A stretch of 64,000 bases of DNA from Eledone cirrhosa (taxonomy: Eukaryota), in contig OZ024743.1 of assembly GCA_964016885.1 (NCBI GenBank), positions 33,480,001 through 33,544,000 on the forward strand. Direction: 5' to 3'. The first letter of the stretch is position 1, and the number at the start of each line of letters is the position of its first letter. The notes beneath the pieces were generated by a model. That model did not search any database. It worked only from the letters and a program-made list of their open reading frames with translations, and was not told the origin of the DNA. Positions 43,101 to 55,759 of the stretch are shown one piece after another. The position numbers and the translations under genes are program-made.

Positions 43101-44586
43101 ATTCATATTCTATTGTTTTTGATGTTTTGAATGAATATGGCCTTAAAAACGGTTAAAAATTGGTAAAAAAATCATTACATAATAGTTTTGAAACAAAAAC
43201 CAAACTCTAAATGACACTTAAAACATTTTAAATATTAAAACTTCGTAAATGTATTTTCCATTCATGAGAATTTCAAAAGTGAACCATCTAAATGTGTTGA
43301 TTACCTGCCTGAACTTATAAATCGGGTTTTGATTTTTACCTATTTCTCAGACATATAAAATAAGGGGTTGGCCTATATTCAAGTATATACAGCAAGTGGT
43401 AAATATTTATGCAAAGGATGTTTGATTTAAAAGGAGTAGAGAATATATGTTTTAACATCTTTGATATTGTCATTGAAATGTATAAGATATATTGTTCTCT
43501 TTATCTCTATGACTCCACAATATTTCCCAATTCTTTGAACATTCTTGTCAAAACTGAACTTATGTTATTCCATAATTCCAACGCATTACTTTCTCTTTAT
43601 TCCTTTATCATTCTTTGCTTTTTTGTATTCATATTCCCAATTTATATAATAATTTTCCTTTGAAATAATTGTATTAAGAATAAAATCACTGTTTCCCTCT
43701 TTTTTTTTTCTTTATATCTCTCCATTTAAAATGTTCTCCAAAGTCTTTTGTATCTCTCATATAGTTTTCATTTATATATTTCTAGCCATATTTTCTTATT
43801 TTATTTAAACCTACAACACCTGCAAGTCTTTTTATGATTTTAACTAATCCTAACCTTCCTTTCTACACGAATAGTTTATTTTTTGTGTATTTTTCTTTCT
43901 CAACTCTTTAACCTCTGAATTATTTTTCCTTCTAGCTCTCTCCACTATAATAATGTCTTCTTATTCTCTTATACTATTCATCTGTATGCAACAGCAGTTG
44001 ATCTCTTGGGGGGGGGGGGGGGGGGGTCAATTGCTACTTGCAGAAGACAATAATATTCCTTTTCTATGTCTTTATGTTGACCTGAACTTTTGAAGCAGGA
44101 TCATCTTCAATTCAGATTCTCTAATCTTTCCCATTTCAATGTTGCTTTTAAAGAACTGATAGTTGGTGGCAAGATAACAATTCATATAATTTACAGATGT
44201 ATCATTATAAGCAACTTAAATGAACTCTTTCACTTAAAGAAAATTGGCTTAAAGTCAACTCCTGGTAAAATGTTAATTTTCTTCTTGATTATATATTAAG
44301 TTCACACCCTCCAGGTTGCTCTTTCCTCTCAGAGACTATTGTGTTCAATAGATCACAGGACAAATTATCTAACATAAAATATCCTCTATTACTCTCTAAT
44401 TGATTCTAGTATATTTTCACATACACTACAACTGTTATTCTATTTTTCTTTAAAGTAGTTCCTACTTAACTAAAACTTTTGGCGTGAAACTTTTGCATCG
44501 ATTATGTCCATGATATCATAGATTGGATATATATATATATATTTGTTGAAGTGTGTATACATTTTTTGGGACACCTTGTATGTATG

Positions 44587-44617
<31 letters not shown>

Positions 44618-44768
44618 ATATATATATAGCTAGATATATGCATGTCTATTTGCAACAACAGTATTGATAACTTTTTTATTTCTAAACATTACCTCTCTTC
44701 TGACTATATTTTTAATGAAATACATCGTTTATCTGTTTCCATTATTTTAAAATAATTATAATTAATAA

Positions 44769-44935
44769 GGGCGGTGGATTGGCAGTATCGGTAGGGCGTC
44801 AGACACCACCATGCTTTACAGCATAGTTATGGCCCTTTACATTCTGAATTCGAATCCTGCCGAGGTTAACTTTGCCATTCATCCTTACAGTAATGCACTG
44901 GGGTAATTGCTGGCCTTGTGCGAAAAGTAGAAATT
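44769..44935 (+). mobile_element. SINE family M inserted in a family A MITE
   Basis: Head ggcggtggattggcagtatcgg; ~21-bp flanking duplication attattttaaaat(a/g)attataa at 44741 and 44936. Confidence 0.85.
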
Positions 44936-45203
44936 ATTATTTTAAAATGATTATAAATTTCTTGGAATTTAGTAAAATAACTTCCTAATTATTTTAATTA
45001 TTTAGCTGATTTCTGGAACAAAACTTAAGATTCTAACATATTTATGATGGAAGAAATCTTTTAACTTTAATATGAATATTTTAAAATGAAATGTTCTGTC
45101 ATAGAACAAGAGGTGATTACAGTTATGTAGGTTTACTAATGTATATAGGGTTATCTACCTGAGAACACAAGAAGATTTTATCATATAGCTATAAACAATT
45201 GAA

Positions 45204-45318
45204 GGTGCGTGGCATAGTGGTTAGAGAGTTGAATTTGCAATCATGAGGTTGTGAGTTCAATTCTAGGACCAGGTAATGTGTTGCATCCTTGAGCAGGACA
45301 CTTTATTTCTTGTTGCTC
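45204..45318 (+). mobile_element. 5' part of SINE family C
   Basis: tggcatagtggttagag...gtgagttcaattc...ccttgagcaggacacttt, as at 4473. Confidence 0.75.
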
Positions 45319-45574
45319 TTTCTGCCAGGAGTTACGACTAGTAGATAGTATAAACAATGGAAAGACCAATGGAAACATTGTTTCCCTGGTCTGATTTGAC
45401 AAGGCCCACTCCACTAATCAAGCGAATGAGGTCTGGGATCTTGTCGATCGATCAGAGCAAGTGATAAACCATTAATCCAACAACTTCTTGACTGGTAAAA
45501 CTATATAAACTCGTATATAACTTACACATTTTTCTACAAAAATATGTGAAAAACCACCATATAACTTGAGCAAT

Positions 45575-45669
45575 GTGAAATGAAGTGCCTTGTTCAAGGA
45601 GACATCACATCACTCAATTTGAGAATTGAATCTACAATCTTATGATTGTTAGTCTAACCACTAAGCCAT
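45575..45669 (-). mobile_element. Degenerate 5' part of a family C-like SINE
   Basis: Reverse complement of head and ccttgaacaaggcactt block. Confidence 0.55.
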
Positions 45670-47057
45670 TCACTAGGGAGATAGTAATGATAGAAAAATA
45701 AAACAGAAAAAAAAAAAAAATTCCGATAGATTTAATTCGTTTTTTTTTTAAAATTGTTTTTTAAATTGCCAACCAAAAAACATATTTATGATTAAAGTCA
45801 TAAATCAGTCATTAATGGTTCAGTGTGATAATAAACTGTTTAACAATTAAATTGTTTTTAACTCAACTTTTTTTTTTTTGCTATTTTGTTTTTATAGAAG
45901 AAAGAAATTGAAAAATCTAATTCTTCCATGATGGATTGAGACAAACCATCCATTTAAAACGTTCAAACTTATATTAAAACCTATAATAATTTCAATTAAA
46001 AATTTTCTTTAGTAGAGTTCCAAACATCCTTTTTAATGATTATTTTCAAAATTAATTGAAACAAGTTGGCAGTGTATGTCGTTAGAAATATAACAAATGT
46101 GTAACAGGTTTCTGTTTGGATTCAAAACCAGGAACTCTTGATTTCTATTATAATGAAAATGAGAAATAATGTTTACATTCTTTATAATAATTTTACTGAT
46201 CAGTTAGCTCACATGTGTCGCTAGTTGTGATTTCTAATATTTGGATCAAGGTATAATTAAAGTGAGTGATAAAATATAAATATATTATACAATAAGTAAT
46301 CATAAGCATTATGGCTACTAAACAGCATTTGTTGTAAAGAAAACCTGAGGAATATTTCCTCAAGAATTAAAAAAAATATTTAACTTTTTTGTTACAATAT
46401 TTTCAGTGAAGTACACCTATGAGTTTCAGATCATTTTGAAAACAAACAAAAATTTGGAAGATTTTAATAAAACTTTCCCATTATCAAGGTGGTGTTTGGA
46501 ACATAACTTAAACATTTTAATTTAAAATTATAAGGATTTTAGATAACTATAAACACTTATTGTAGCCTCAAGACTAGTTACTGGATGTTTGTTATATTTT
46601 TAATGAAATACATTGTCAACTTCTTTCAATTAATTTTGGAAATAATAAAAAATTTGGAGGAATTTAATAAAGTAACTGTTTCATTAAAAAGGATATTTGG
46701 AACATTACTAAAATACTTTTAATAGAAATTATTATAGGTTTTAATATAAGTTTGAACATTTTAAAATGGATAGTTGTCTCAATCCGTCATGGATGAATCA
46801 GCAGATTTTTCAATTTCTATGTTCTATAAATAGCCTCAAAAAGTTGAGTTGAAAAAATATAATTTAATTGTTAAACAGTTTATCATGTTGAACCATTAAA
46901 CATGGAGTGCTTCATGGGTAAAACGTTGTGAACTGCTAATCTAGACTGGCACTAACCTCTATATAATCATCATCATCATTTTACATCCGCTTTTCCCTGC
47001 TTATTTAAAGTATATATGTTTGTTTAGCAGGGAAAGCAGGTGTTAAAATGACAATGA

Positions 47058-47104
<47 letters not shown>

Positions 47105-47732
47105 CATAAATTGAATTAGCACACATTCACCACTATATTTTGACACATATATATATATACTCCAAGCAGGGAAAAAGCAGATGTAAAATGAAATGATGAT
47201 GATGATATTTTGTTAGACATTTATATTTCATTGTCATGAATGAATAGCTTAACATATGAAGTTCCCTTTGTGTTTTCTGAAGGAGATGTGACTAACTGAG
47301 AAAGGAATTTCTCTCAGTCAGTCACTTGCTCAACTGAGTAGATTGCAAAGCATTTCTATAAAGTATAGCAATTTTAGTATATTGGCGCAGGCATGGCTGT
47401 GTGGTTAAGAGGTTTACTTCACAACTCTCTGCTTAAAACACTGTTAAACTAACAAATGATATATTGGTTTGCAGTAGGGAACCGCTTGTGAATCAGGAGA
47501 AACAATTTTAATACTCAGCTCCTGACTAGAGTTCTCCACTTGACCAACCTCACATGGATTCAAATTACAGAATGTGTGTGAAGGTTATTGAATAACAGCT
47601 CATTTGACTATCATAATGTACAGGTGAATAACTTCTGCCATGAGGAGCTACCACAATCTTTTTTGTTTATATTTGCATACATTTATTGTATAATAAATAG
47701 TCTCTGTTGGTTGGTGTCATGTTTGACAATAT

Positions 47733-47922
47733 GCGGTGGATTGGCAGTATCGGTAGAGGGTTGGGCGCCATGCTTTGAAGCATAGAGTTACCTCCCTTTA
47801 TGATCTGAGTTCAAATCCCGCCGAGGTTAACTTTGCCTTTTATCCTTACGGGGTCGATAAAATAAAGTACCAGTAATGCACTGAGACAATTGCTGGCCTG
47901 GTGCCAAAAGTAGAAACAATTA
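47733..47922 (+). mobile_element. Full-length tRNA-derived SINE, family M
   Basis: A/B boxes, central ctttgccttttatccttacggggtcgataaaataaagtaccag, tail gccaaaagtagaaacaatt. Confidence 0.9.
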
Positions 47923-48192
47923 TCTATATATATATATATATAGAAAGAGAGAGCAATAGAGAGAAAATTAACATAAGTATTGAAGGAGGAGTATACATAC
48001 TGAGTAAACTCATTAGTGCAAAATGTTAGAAAGGAAAAGATTTAACTAGAATCATGTGTGCAAAACCACCCACACTCGCACATATATGCACATACACACA
48101 CACAGACGTAATTGTCACCTGCTAATGTTTTCTTTTCAATCATTTTTGTTCTCTTTGACAAATGAACTATGCATATATGAAAATATATAATA

Positions 48193-50748
48193 CTAGCAGA
48201 GGTACCCGGCGTTGCTCGGATATTAAATAGCAGTTGTGTATACCATTTATGTCAATACTTCAGTGCTGCTTCGAAAACTATACTTTTACAAAATCATCGC
48301 CTTTTTCCAAAAGAGGGTTCCTGCCCCCCAGGGGTCCCCTACCCAATATGTGCCAATTCTGAGAGTTCACATTCATCTGTAGGACAAAATAGCCCATGTG
48401 TCAAGTTTTGTGAAAATCGGTTGCGAACTCCAGAAGTTATGACGTTTTGTTGCATTGCACTGCAGTGCTTCAGTCGACTCCAAGGAAGTGATTAAAGGGG
48501 TTATCTGCCGGGGGGCCCTATAATCAATATCTGGAAAAATGACAGTGCCCATGGCCATCCGGAGTACATAAGTAACCTATGTCTTAAGTTTGGTGAAAAT
48601 ACTGTAGAAATGCATAAGGTTTATATATATACGCGCTTGCATTCGTGTGTTTGTGTGGGTGTGCGTATGTATGTGTATGTCAGTCGGGGCATACGTATGT
48701 ACTGGCCTAAATCTTCACTATTTACTTTTACTATTTTAATAACGACTCCATTTATACCATAAACTTGGTCTTGTCTTTGCATGAAATTGTTCTTCACGCT
48801 CCATATAACGATGTATTATCCTCGCCTTTTTCCCGTTCGGAATGTAGTTGAAGCCAGCTTTTGACCAAAAGGTGTCCCTTGTAGCAGCAGCATGTTCCTG
48901 ACGTCCACGCCGTCTCGATGCCAGCCTGTCTTCCCTTGCCTCCGCAGTTTCGTTGAGAAGTGATTGGTCCTGTAAACGGGTCTCCCTGGTCTCCGCAGTC
49001 TCGTTGAGAAGTAATTATTGATGTCGAGTGCAGCGATCAGCAAGGTGGGCCTCCTTTACCGCTGAAGTTTCTGCCAAACGTGAGCGTTGTGGTTGAATGA
49101 GCTGAGAAGAAAGACGGGACTCCCTTGCCGCTGAAGTCTCCTCCAAAATTGTGCTTTGGTGTTGATGGAGCTGCTCATGAGGAGAGGTTGCCTAAATGGG
49201 TAAAAAAAAAAATAACCGACATGGATGTGATCTATTAGCTGTGTGTGGGCATCTTATTCAACATTATAATGGAAAAACAATATTAAAAGAAGACATGAAG
49301 GCGAATTAGTCATCGAAGTAGTTATAAAAAGATAATAGCATTAATTGTAAATGTAGAAGGTGATAGTTTATTAACAGCGGAATAGCAATGTCGATGATAT
49401 GCAAGTTTAAAAATGCAGATTATGAAGGTTTGTATGATAGTTTACACTTTGATTGCCCTGGTTAGCAAGAGGGGCCTCTATATATTAGACATTTATTAGA
49501 AGAGGGGGGAAATAACTAACCCCAGTATTAGAACAGGGGTTCGCAATGCAAGGGTTTTATTTATTTTGTTTGAAAACTGACCTTTTTTGGTTTAGCATTT
49601 CGTAAAATTCTACTGCAGAATCGATTTTCATAAAACAGTACTGTATGATCGTTATAGAAGTATTTAAATTTAATATAGAGCAATTGTAATTTTAAAATGA
49701 AAATGAAACGTACTGTAGAAGCCAACAGTTTATTAACAGCGAAATAACATTGTCTTTGATATGTTATTTTAAATAAGACAATGAATTGAAAAATACTACT
49801 TACTGTTAGTGGTGGTTAACATGTATTAGAATTAAAATGAAAATGATATCTGAAAAAACGTACTTGAGAACATGACTCCCTTCTTCGCAATTTAAGGGTA
49901 TATTTATTTTGATGGAAAACAGTGACCGTTTTCGGTTTGGCATTTCATAAAACGGTACTGTATGTGAACAGCGAAAGAACGCTGCGAAAGAACGCAGCAA
50001 AAGAAATTGATGAGTTTAAAAATTTGTATGAAATTGGAATTAAGACAATGAATATTGAAAGTATTAGAACAGGGGGAAATAACTCAATTAGACGTTTATT
50101 AGAAGAGGGGGGAAATAACTAACCCCAGTATTAGAACGGGGTTCGCAATGTAAGGGTTTTATTTACGGTACTGTATGATTGTTATAGAAGTATTTAAATT
50201 TAATATACAGCAACTGTAATTGAAAAATTAAAATGAATCGTACTGTAGAAGGCAACAGTTTATTAATCTGCATTTTCAAACTTGCATATCATCGACATTG
50301 CTATTTAGCTGTTAATAAACAACGCTTTTCACGTCGTTCCACCTCTCATTGTACGCCGTCCAGTCCCAAGTGCATATTTCTATTTTTTTTTTTTTCCTGA
50401 AACTGCTTCTTTATAATAAACTTTCAATAATATTTTTCAAATTATTAGTACTGTATGTTAACAGCAAAAGAACGTTGATGAGTTTAAAAATTTGTATGAA
50501 ATTGTAAATAACTCGTCCAAGTATTAGAACAGGGGGAAATAACTCACTGAATGTGATAGTAAATAGACCGTTTTGAGGCCCCAGGGACCACATATTTCAA
50601 GTTAGAGATTTGAAACCTCGTCTATTTGCTTCCTTGGCACTTTTTACATAGGTGTGTAAATTTTCATGTCAGTCCGACCACGTCTACTACCATTTAACCG
50701 TGCACATCTGAATTTCAACCACCACCCATTTCACAAATATATATTAGA
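48193..50748 (-). mobile_element. Non-autonomous Helitron (2556 bp)
   Basis: Minus strand begins TC(TAATATAT) at 50748 and ends ccgagcaacgccgggtacctctg-CTAG at 48193 with a GC-rich subterminal hairpin; inserted between A and T with no TSD. Confidence 0.85.
48875..49175 (-). pseudogene. STPR-like repeat coding remnant (probable Helitron RepHel N-terminus)
   Basis: EETSAARESRL / AETSAVKEAHL / NETAETRETRL / NETAEAREDRL repeats with an internal stop. Confidence 0.7.
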
Positions 50749-51167
50749 TATATTCCTTTTCTCAATTTCTTTTCATTCCGTTTTCTTAAATACTATATTA
50801 ATAGTGTTGGAGCAGGAATCACTTTAGTCAAATATAGACATAATGATATTACTTTTATTTATAAATTTATACATTTTAATTTAGTTACCTACTACTATTC
50901 CCAGTGGCAAATATATACTTCCACGGTTACCTGTCATATGATAGATAACACTAGTTTATTGTATAAAAGCTAATATCAATCCTAAAAATTTAACACTAAC
51001 AATGTTGACTCTGAAATAGTACTATTTGTTAAGTAACTATTCACAGGTTATCACCATCATCATCAACATTTCCATGCTAGCATGAGTTGTATAAGATGTT
51101 CAAACAGATGTCCTTCCTGATATCAACCCTTTTAGTTGCCTCTTACAACGCACATGGATATGGTATT

Positions 51168-51540
51168 TCTCATCTCATCTGTCCTGTATTCTGGTGGACC
51201 ATTGGGATGCCACATATGACCTGGCAAACAACTCCTTCCATTCCTTTCACCCCTTCACCCTCCTCATGGTTTTACCCAGCTTCATGCTTGGCCATTCCGG
51301 GATGTTGTCCTCCCATCTCCTTTTTTGTCTAATACTCTTCCTCCCTCCTTGCACTGATCCCTGCAGGCCAGTCTTGACAAGCCCTGAAGATCTTGTCACA
51401 TGCCCGTTGCATCGTGATTTGCGTTGTTTTACAATTGTCAGTAGGTTTTCATAGGGCCCGATGGCTTGCCAAATTCGGTTTTGTACCTCCTCATTGGAGA
51501 TGCAATCTCTGTAGGTGATGTCAAGGGGCTTTCTGAAGGA
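51168..51540 (-). mobile_element. 3' end of an RTE (BovB-like) LINE
   Basis: ITYRDCISNEEVQNRIWQAIGPYENLLTIVKQRK..GHVTRSSGL...RQKRRWEDNI; gatga-type tail. Confidence 0.8.
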
Positions 51541-53562
51541 TATGGTATATTCATTCTAAAATCTAGTATACACATGGCATTCAATAACTAGTATATAAAG
51601 AGTCAAAAGTACTGAGACTGTAAAGAGACTGATAGTATTAATAGATATATTGATCAGGGTTTTAGTTTTCATATTTCATAAGTTAGAAATTCAAAATTTG
51701 ATAATTATTTTTTTTTAATTCACTTTTTTTTGTCTATACTATTCATTGTTATATTATTTATAATTTCCTTTACTATCATCACAATTATCATCCCCTTCAT
51801 CATCAGAAATGCCTCTCTCTATAATTATAATTATTGTATATTTGGCTATTATTGTTCCTGCAAATGCTTTTTGTTTTTCAAATTCAAAGAAAAGTACTGA
51901 ACTTTTGTTTTGTTTTAATTTTGAGATATTCATGTAACTTTTTGTTCTTCAACCAATGAAATTAGATTTTATTTTTAGGTTACAGAATCAATCATTCTGT
52001 GATTTCTTCATTTATTTAATCAGTCCATTCCAACTGAAAGTATCAGCATTATTGATTTGTAGAAAGAGCACTTGCACATATTTCCTTTCATTGCATCTTT
52101 GTTTGCTTTTGTCTATGTTCAAAGATCTATAGTTTATAAACATCTTTTAGGATCTTTATTTGGGCACCAACCACCTGTTTTGGTATATGCTCATCACATA
52201 CTCTCACCTGCAGTATGTTTAAGCTCTCTCTCTGCCTGTGTTTCAAACACATATACAGACACATTCATAAATACATATATACACACACACACATTTTACA
52301 TACATACTTCGGAGCTCAGTTAACCCTCTAGCAACGTTGTTTCTTTGTATTAGTTATCTTTTTACTGTTATCTTCTGCCATACACAGCTGCAATAATACC
52401 ATCATGTACATTTCACTCTCACTTCATTTGCAGATTGCTTCATTAACATCTGTCGGGCCTGTTTGTTTTTCTTGTGAATGAAGCAAGAGAGACTTAAATG
52501 TTAGTCTATAGCCCCAGAACAGAGACATTGTATACTTAAGAAATATCCAAACACAAAAAAGAATCCATCTTGATTTCCATTACTCAGGAAAAACATCTCG
52601 CATTTCTTACAAATACTAAACCTAATATCTCTAATGACTCTTTTCAGAATCCTTGCATTTTCCACTTAACATATTACATGCACTCAGGCTTTCTTTTCAA
52701 AACAGCTAGAAAATAATTCAACCTTGACTAATAACTGGCCCTTTAAAAAGGAAAAGAAAAACTTACATTGCTCTGAAGTAGTTTCAGCTTCTTAGAAGTT
52801 GTACATTTCAAGTAAATCGATGGTTCAAATATGTTGAAAAATTCAAACAAAAACTATTGATTTCATAGGTATGCACAAGGTAGGATTAAATCCTTTTGAA
52901 GTCCAAAGGACTAAACAAACTATGGTGCCCTTCCCCTCCATGTAGTCTGTAAAAAAGTTTTATTTTTTTGGTTTTGAATGACAACTACTTTTAATTTGAA
53001 TAACATGGTTCTTCCACTGATACTCTCTGTATGCCCTGATTTTGATCAATGGTTAAACAAGCCATGAGTGTGTTTCTTAATATTAGAATCATAGTATCAT
53101 TATTTAACAGTTTCATGTTTCTGACATTTCAGCCTATATCATAATAGACAGCATTTCTGTATTTGTTGACTATACACTACTCAATCTGGACCATATGTTC
53201 ATACTCTTTTTGACAGCAATAATCAATTTAAGGTGTCTTCAAACAAACTTCCATGAGACTTACTGGCATCTAACCACTTCCTATTTATTGTGGATTATGT
53301 AATGCATGTATTTCTGCTTGAAGGAAATAGATGCATTTTCAGAAGAAGGCTATTCAATATGTCTCCTGCTGTAAAACTTCCTAGATTAATAAATAACCTT
53401 TACTGTTGATAATATAATTTTAAGTGATATCCCCTATTGCTCAAATACACCTGACATACGCTGAAACTACACCTGCAAAAGTGATACTAAAAAGAATCAA
53501 TAAATTAAAAACTAAAGTGATGTTTGTGAATGAGCTGAACTCCACAATCTTATATATTATAT

Positions 53563-53915
53563 TAGGATGTGCTATGTCAATGTGCGTGAACGACTGAGCA
53601 TGGATGTGTTGAGAGAGAAACTGTCTGAGAGGGATAAATTGTAGTGTGCGGGAGAAGAGACTGCGATGGTATGGACATGTTATGCACATGGAGGATGACC
53701 AATGGGTGAAGAAGTGCCAAGAAATGCTAGTTGAAGGAAGACGTAGTAGAGGAAGACCACGAAAAACATGGGCAGAGGTGGTGAGAGCAGACCTCAGATC
53801 GCTGAAGCTCACGGTGGAGATGATGAAGGACTGTGACAAGTGGAGAGATGCTGTGCTGAATAGGACCCGTCCCACCCTTGAAAGCAGGGAAAAGCGGATG
53901 TAAAATGATGATGAT
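53563..53915 (+). mobile_element. 5'-truncated RTE LINE with short 3' end
   Basis: REKRLRWYGHVMHM...GRPRKTWAEVV...NRTRPTLESREKRM* then (atg)n. Confidence 0.9.
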
Positions 53916-54284
53916 AGGAGCTCAACGACATATTGTCACAAATTTTTGTTATTTGTTGACAGACAGTAAAATCTTTTCGACAAATATCTCACTTAGCATA
54001 GGGAACAAACAGTGTATAAACTCGACTTTATTTGGAATCATTTAGTGATGAAATTAGAATGATTTTTTTAAAGCTTGCATTCAAATAGTTTTGTTCTATA
54101 TTAGTAAGGCTGAGACTTAACCCTTATGATTTAACTGTTTATTTTTTGGAATTTTCTTTTTCTTTAAAAAGTTCTCGTGCATTGGTATAATCTCTTTTGT
54201 TTTACATAAAGCTTAATGAATCATCAAGGTAGTGACAATATTTAGTTTTGAACGTAACACCTGTGATATGTGATTGACTGTGTG

Positions 54285-54930
54285 CTAGCTTCCATATTTG
54301 GTCATCGGAAAAAGTGAGATAAGTGTAAAAGCCAAACTTGCTATCTCCAATTTGGTATTTGTCAAAACCCTTATTTATGGTCATGAATCTTGGGTAATGA
54401 TCGAAAGAATATGCTTACAAATACAAGCGGATGAAATGGGGTTCCTCCAAAGATACTTTTGAGTAACATTATTTGATAGTGGTACTTTATTTTATCGACC
54501 CCGTAAGGATGAAAGGCAAAGTTAACCTCAAATCCCGCCGAGGTTAACTTTGCCTTTCATCCTTACGGGGTCGATAAAATAAAGTACCAGTAATACACTG
54601 GGTAATTGCTGGCCTTGTGCCAAAAGTAGAAACAATTATTTGATAGTGCATAGCATGGAGAGCAGAAAGTTGCTCCGGTTAGAGCTGTTACTTTTCCAAA
54701 TTGTGAGTTTACAGTTCCAATACTATGGACATGTGGTTAGAATATCTCAGGAAAGAATTACTGGACAGAAGACCCATGGGTGGATGGCTGGGTAACTTCT
54801 ATCAGCTTGGCTGGTCTTGCTTATGGATCCAGCCAGATTAATTGGAGATAGCTGTTTTTGACAGGACCAGCTGGAAGATGTGCTTGAGGAATCTGCCCCC
54901 ACAATCCTTCTAGGAATAAGTGGGCGAAGA
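54285..54930 (+). mobile_element. Rex3/Expander-like RTE fragment interrupted by a fold-back SINE
   Basis: KAKLAISNLVFVKTLIYGHESWVMIERI...QADEMGFLQR; QYYGHVVRISQERI. Confidence 0.75.
54480..54640 (+). mobile_element. 5'-truncated SINE family M with 5' inverted duplication
   Basis: 14-bp TSD attatttgatagtg (54468-54481, 54635-54648); perfect 50-bp inverted arms 54480-54529 and 54540-54589. Confidence 0.92.
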
Positions 54931-55573
54931 TCATTGTAAAAATTTGTAGTATTAGAGTAAATATTTTAATTCTTAATGTGATGCTGTCGTAGTGTTGTTT
55001 TGTATTTTTCAAGAATGTCTTGTTTATGCAGTTTCATGTGGGACAGGACGTTGAGTGTAACTGTAAATGGCATACCTCATAGCTGTTGTCTCATTGTTCT
55101 ATAAAATGAGTTGGTCAGTTGCTACGTAGTATTCTTAATTAGAATCTCCTTTACCTTCGTGGCTGTAGAAAACATCTCAACAGTTTAACTGTTTCATCTG
55201 CCAATAGATTCTATTGGCTGATTATTTACATTTTGGAGCTATTCCAGTTACAAAACAAAAACTTGTGTGCCAAATTTACTAATTTCATTTAGGTTATTAT
55301 CAAAGGACATCTTTATCATTATTCACAAACATATCGATTTCTATGATAAGCACAAGGCATTTCGTGTGTGTGGAGGGTGGGGGTAGGTGCAATTGGTTAA
55401 ATTGCAGGTACTTTATTTAACAACCTCTGAAAAAGTGTGTGTGGAATGTTTTGTTCTGTTAATGGTAATATTGAGTCCAGTAGATTAAAAAGTCTTTTTC
55501 TTTTGTATGTCTAACTTTTGGTCAATCTTTTTTACCTTATCTGTAAGGTAAAGGTAGTTAACTGAATTATTAA

Positions 55574-55759
55574 CCCTTTAGCATTTACATTACTCTATAT
55601 TTACTATTATATTTTCATGGTAAAAGCCGTACTTCACATAATTATCTTGCATAATATCAAATCTATGAGATTTTGATATTATTTATTTTGAGAACAATAC
55701 CTTAACATCAGTATGGTCAGCCAGAATTCTGGCCGGATACAGCTGGTTTAAATAATGGG
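55574..55759 (+). mobile_element. piggyBac-type MITE family B
   Basis: TTAA both sides; ccctttagcatttacatt terminus. Confidence 0.85.
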
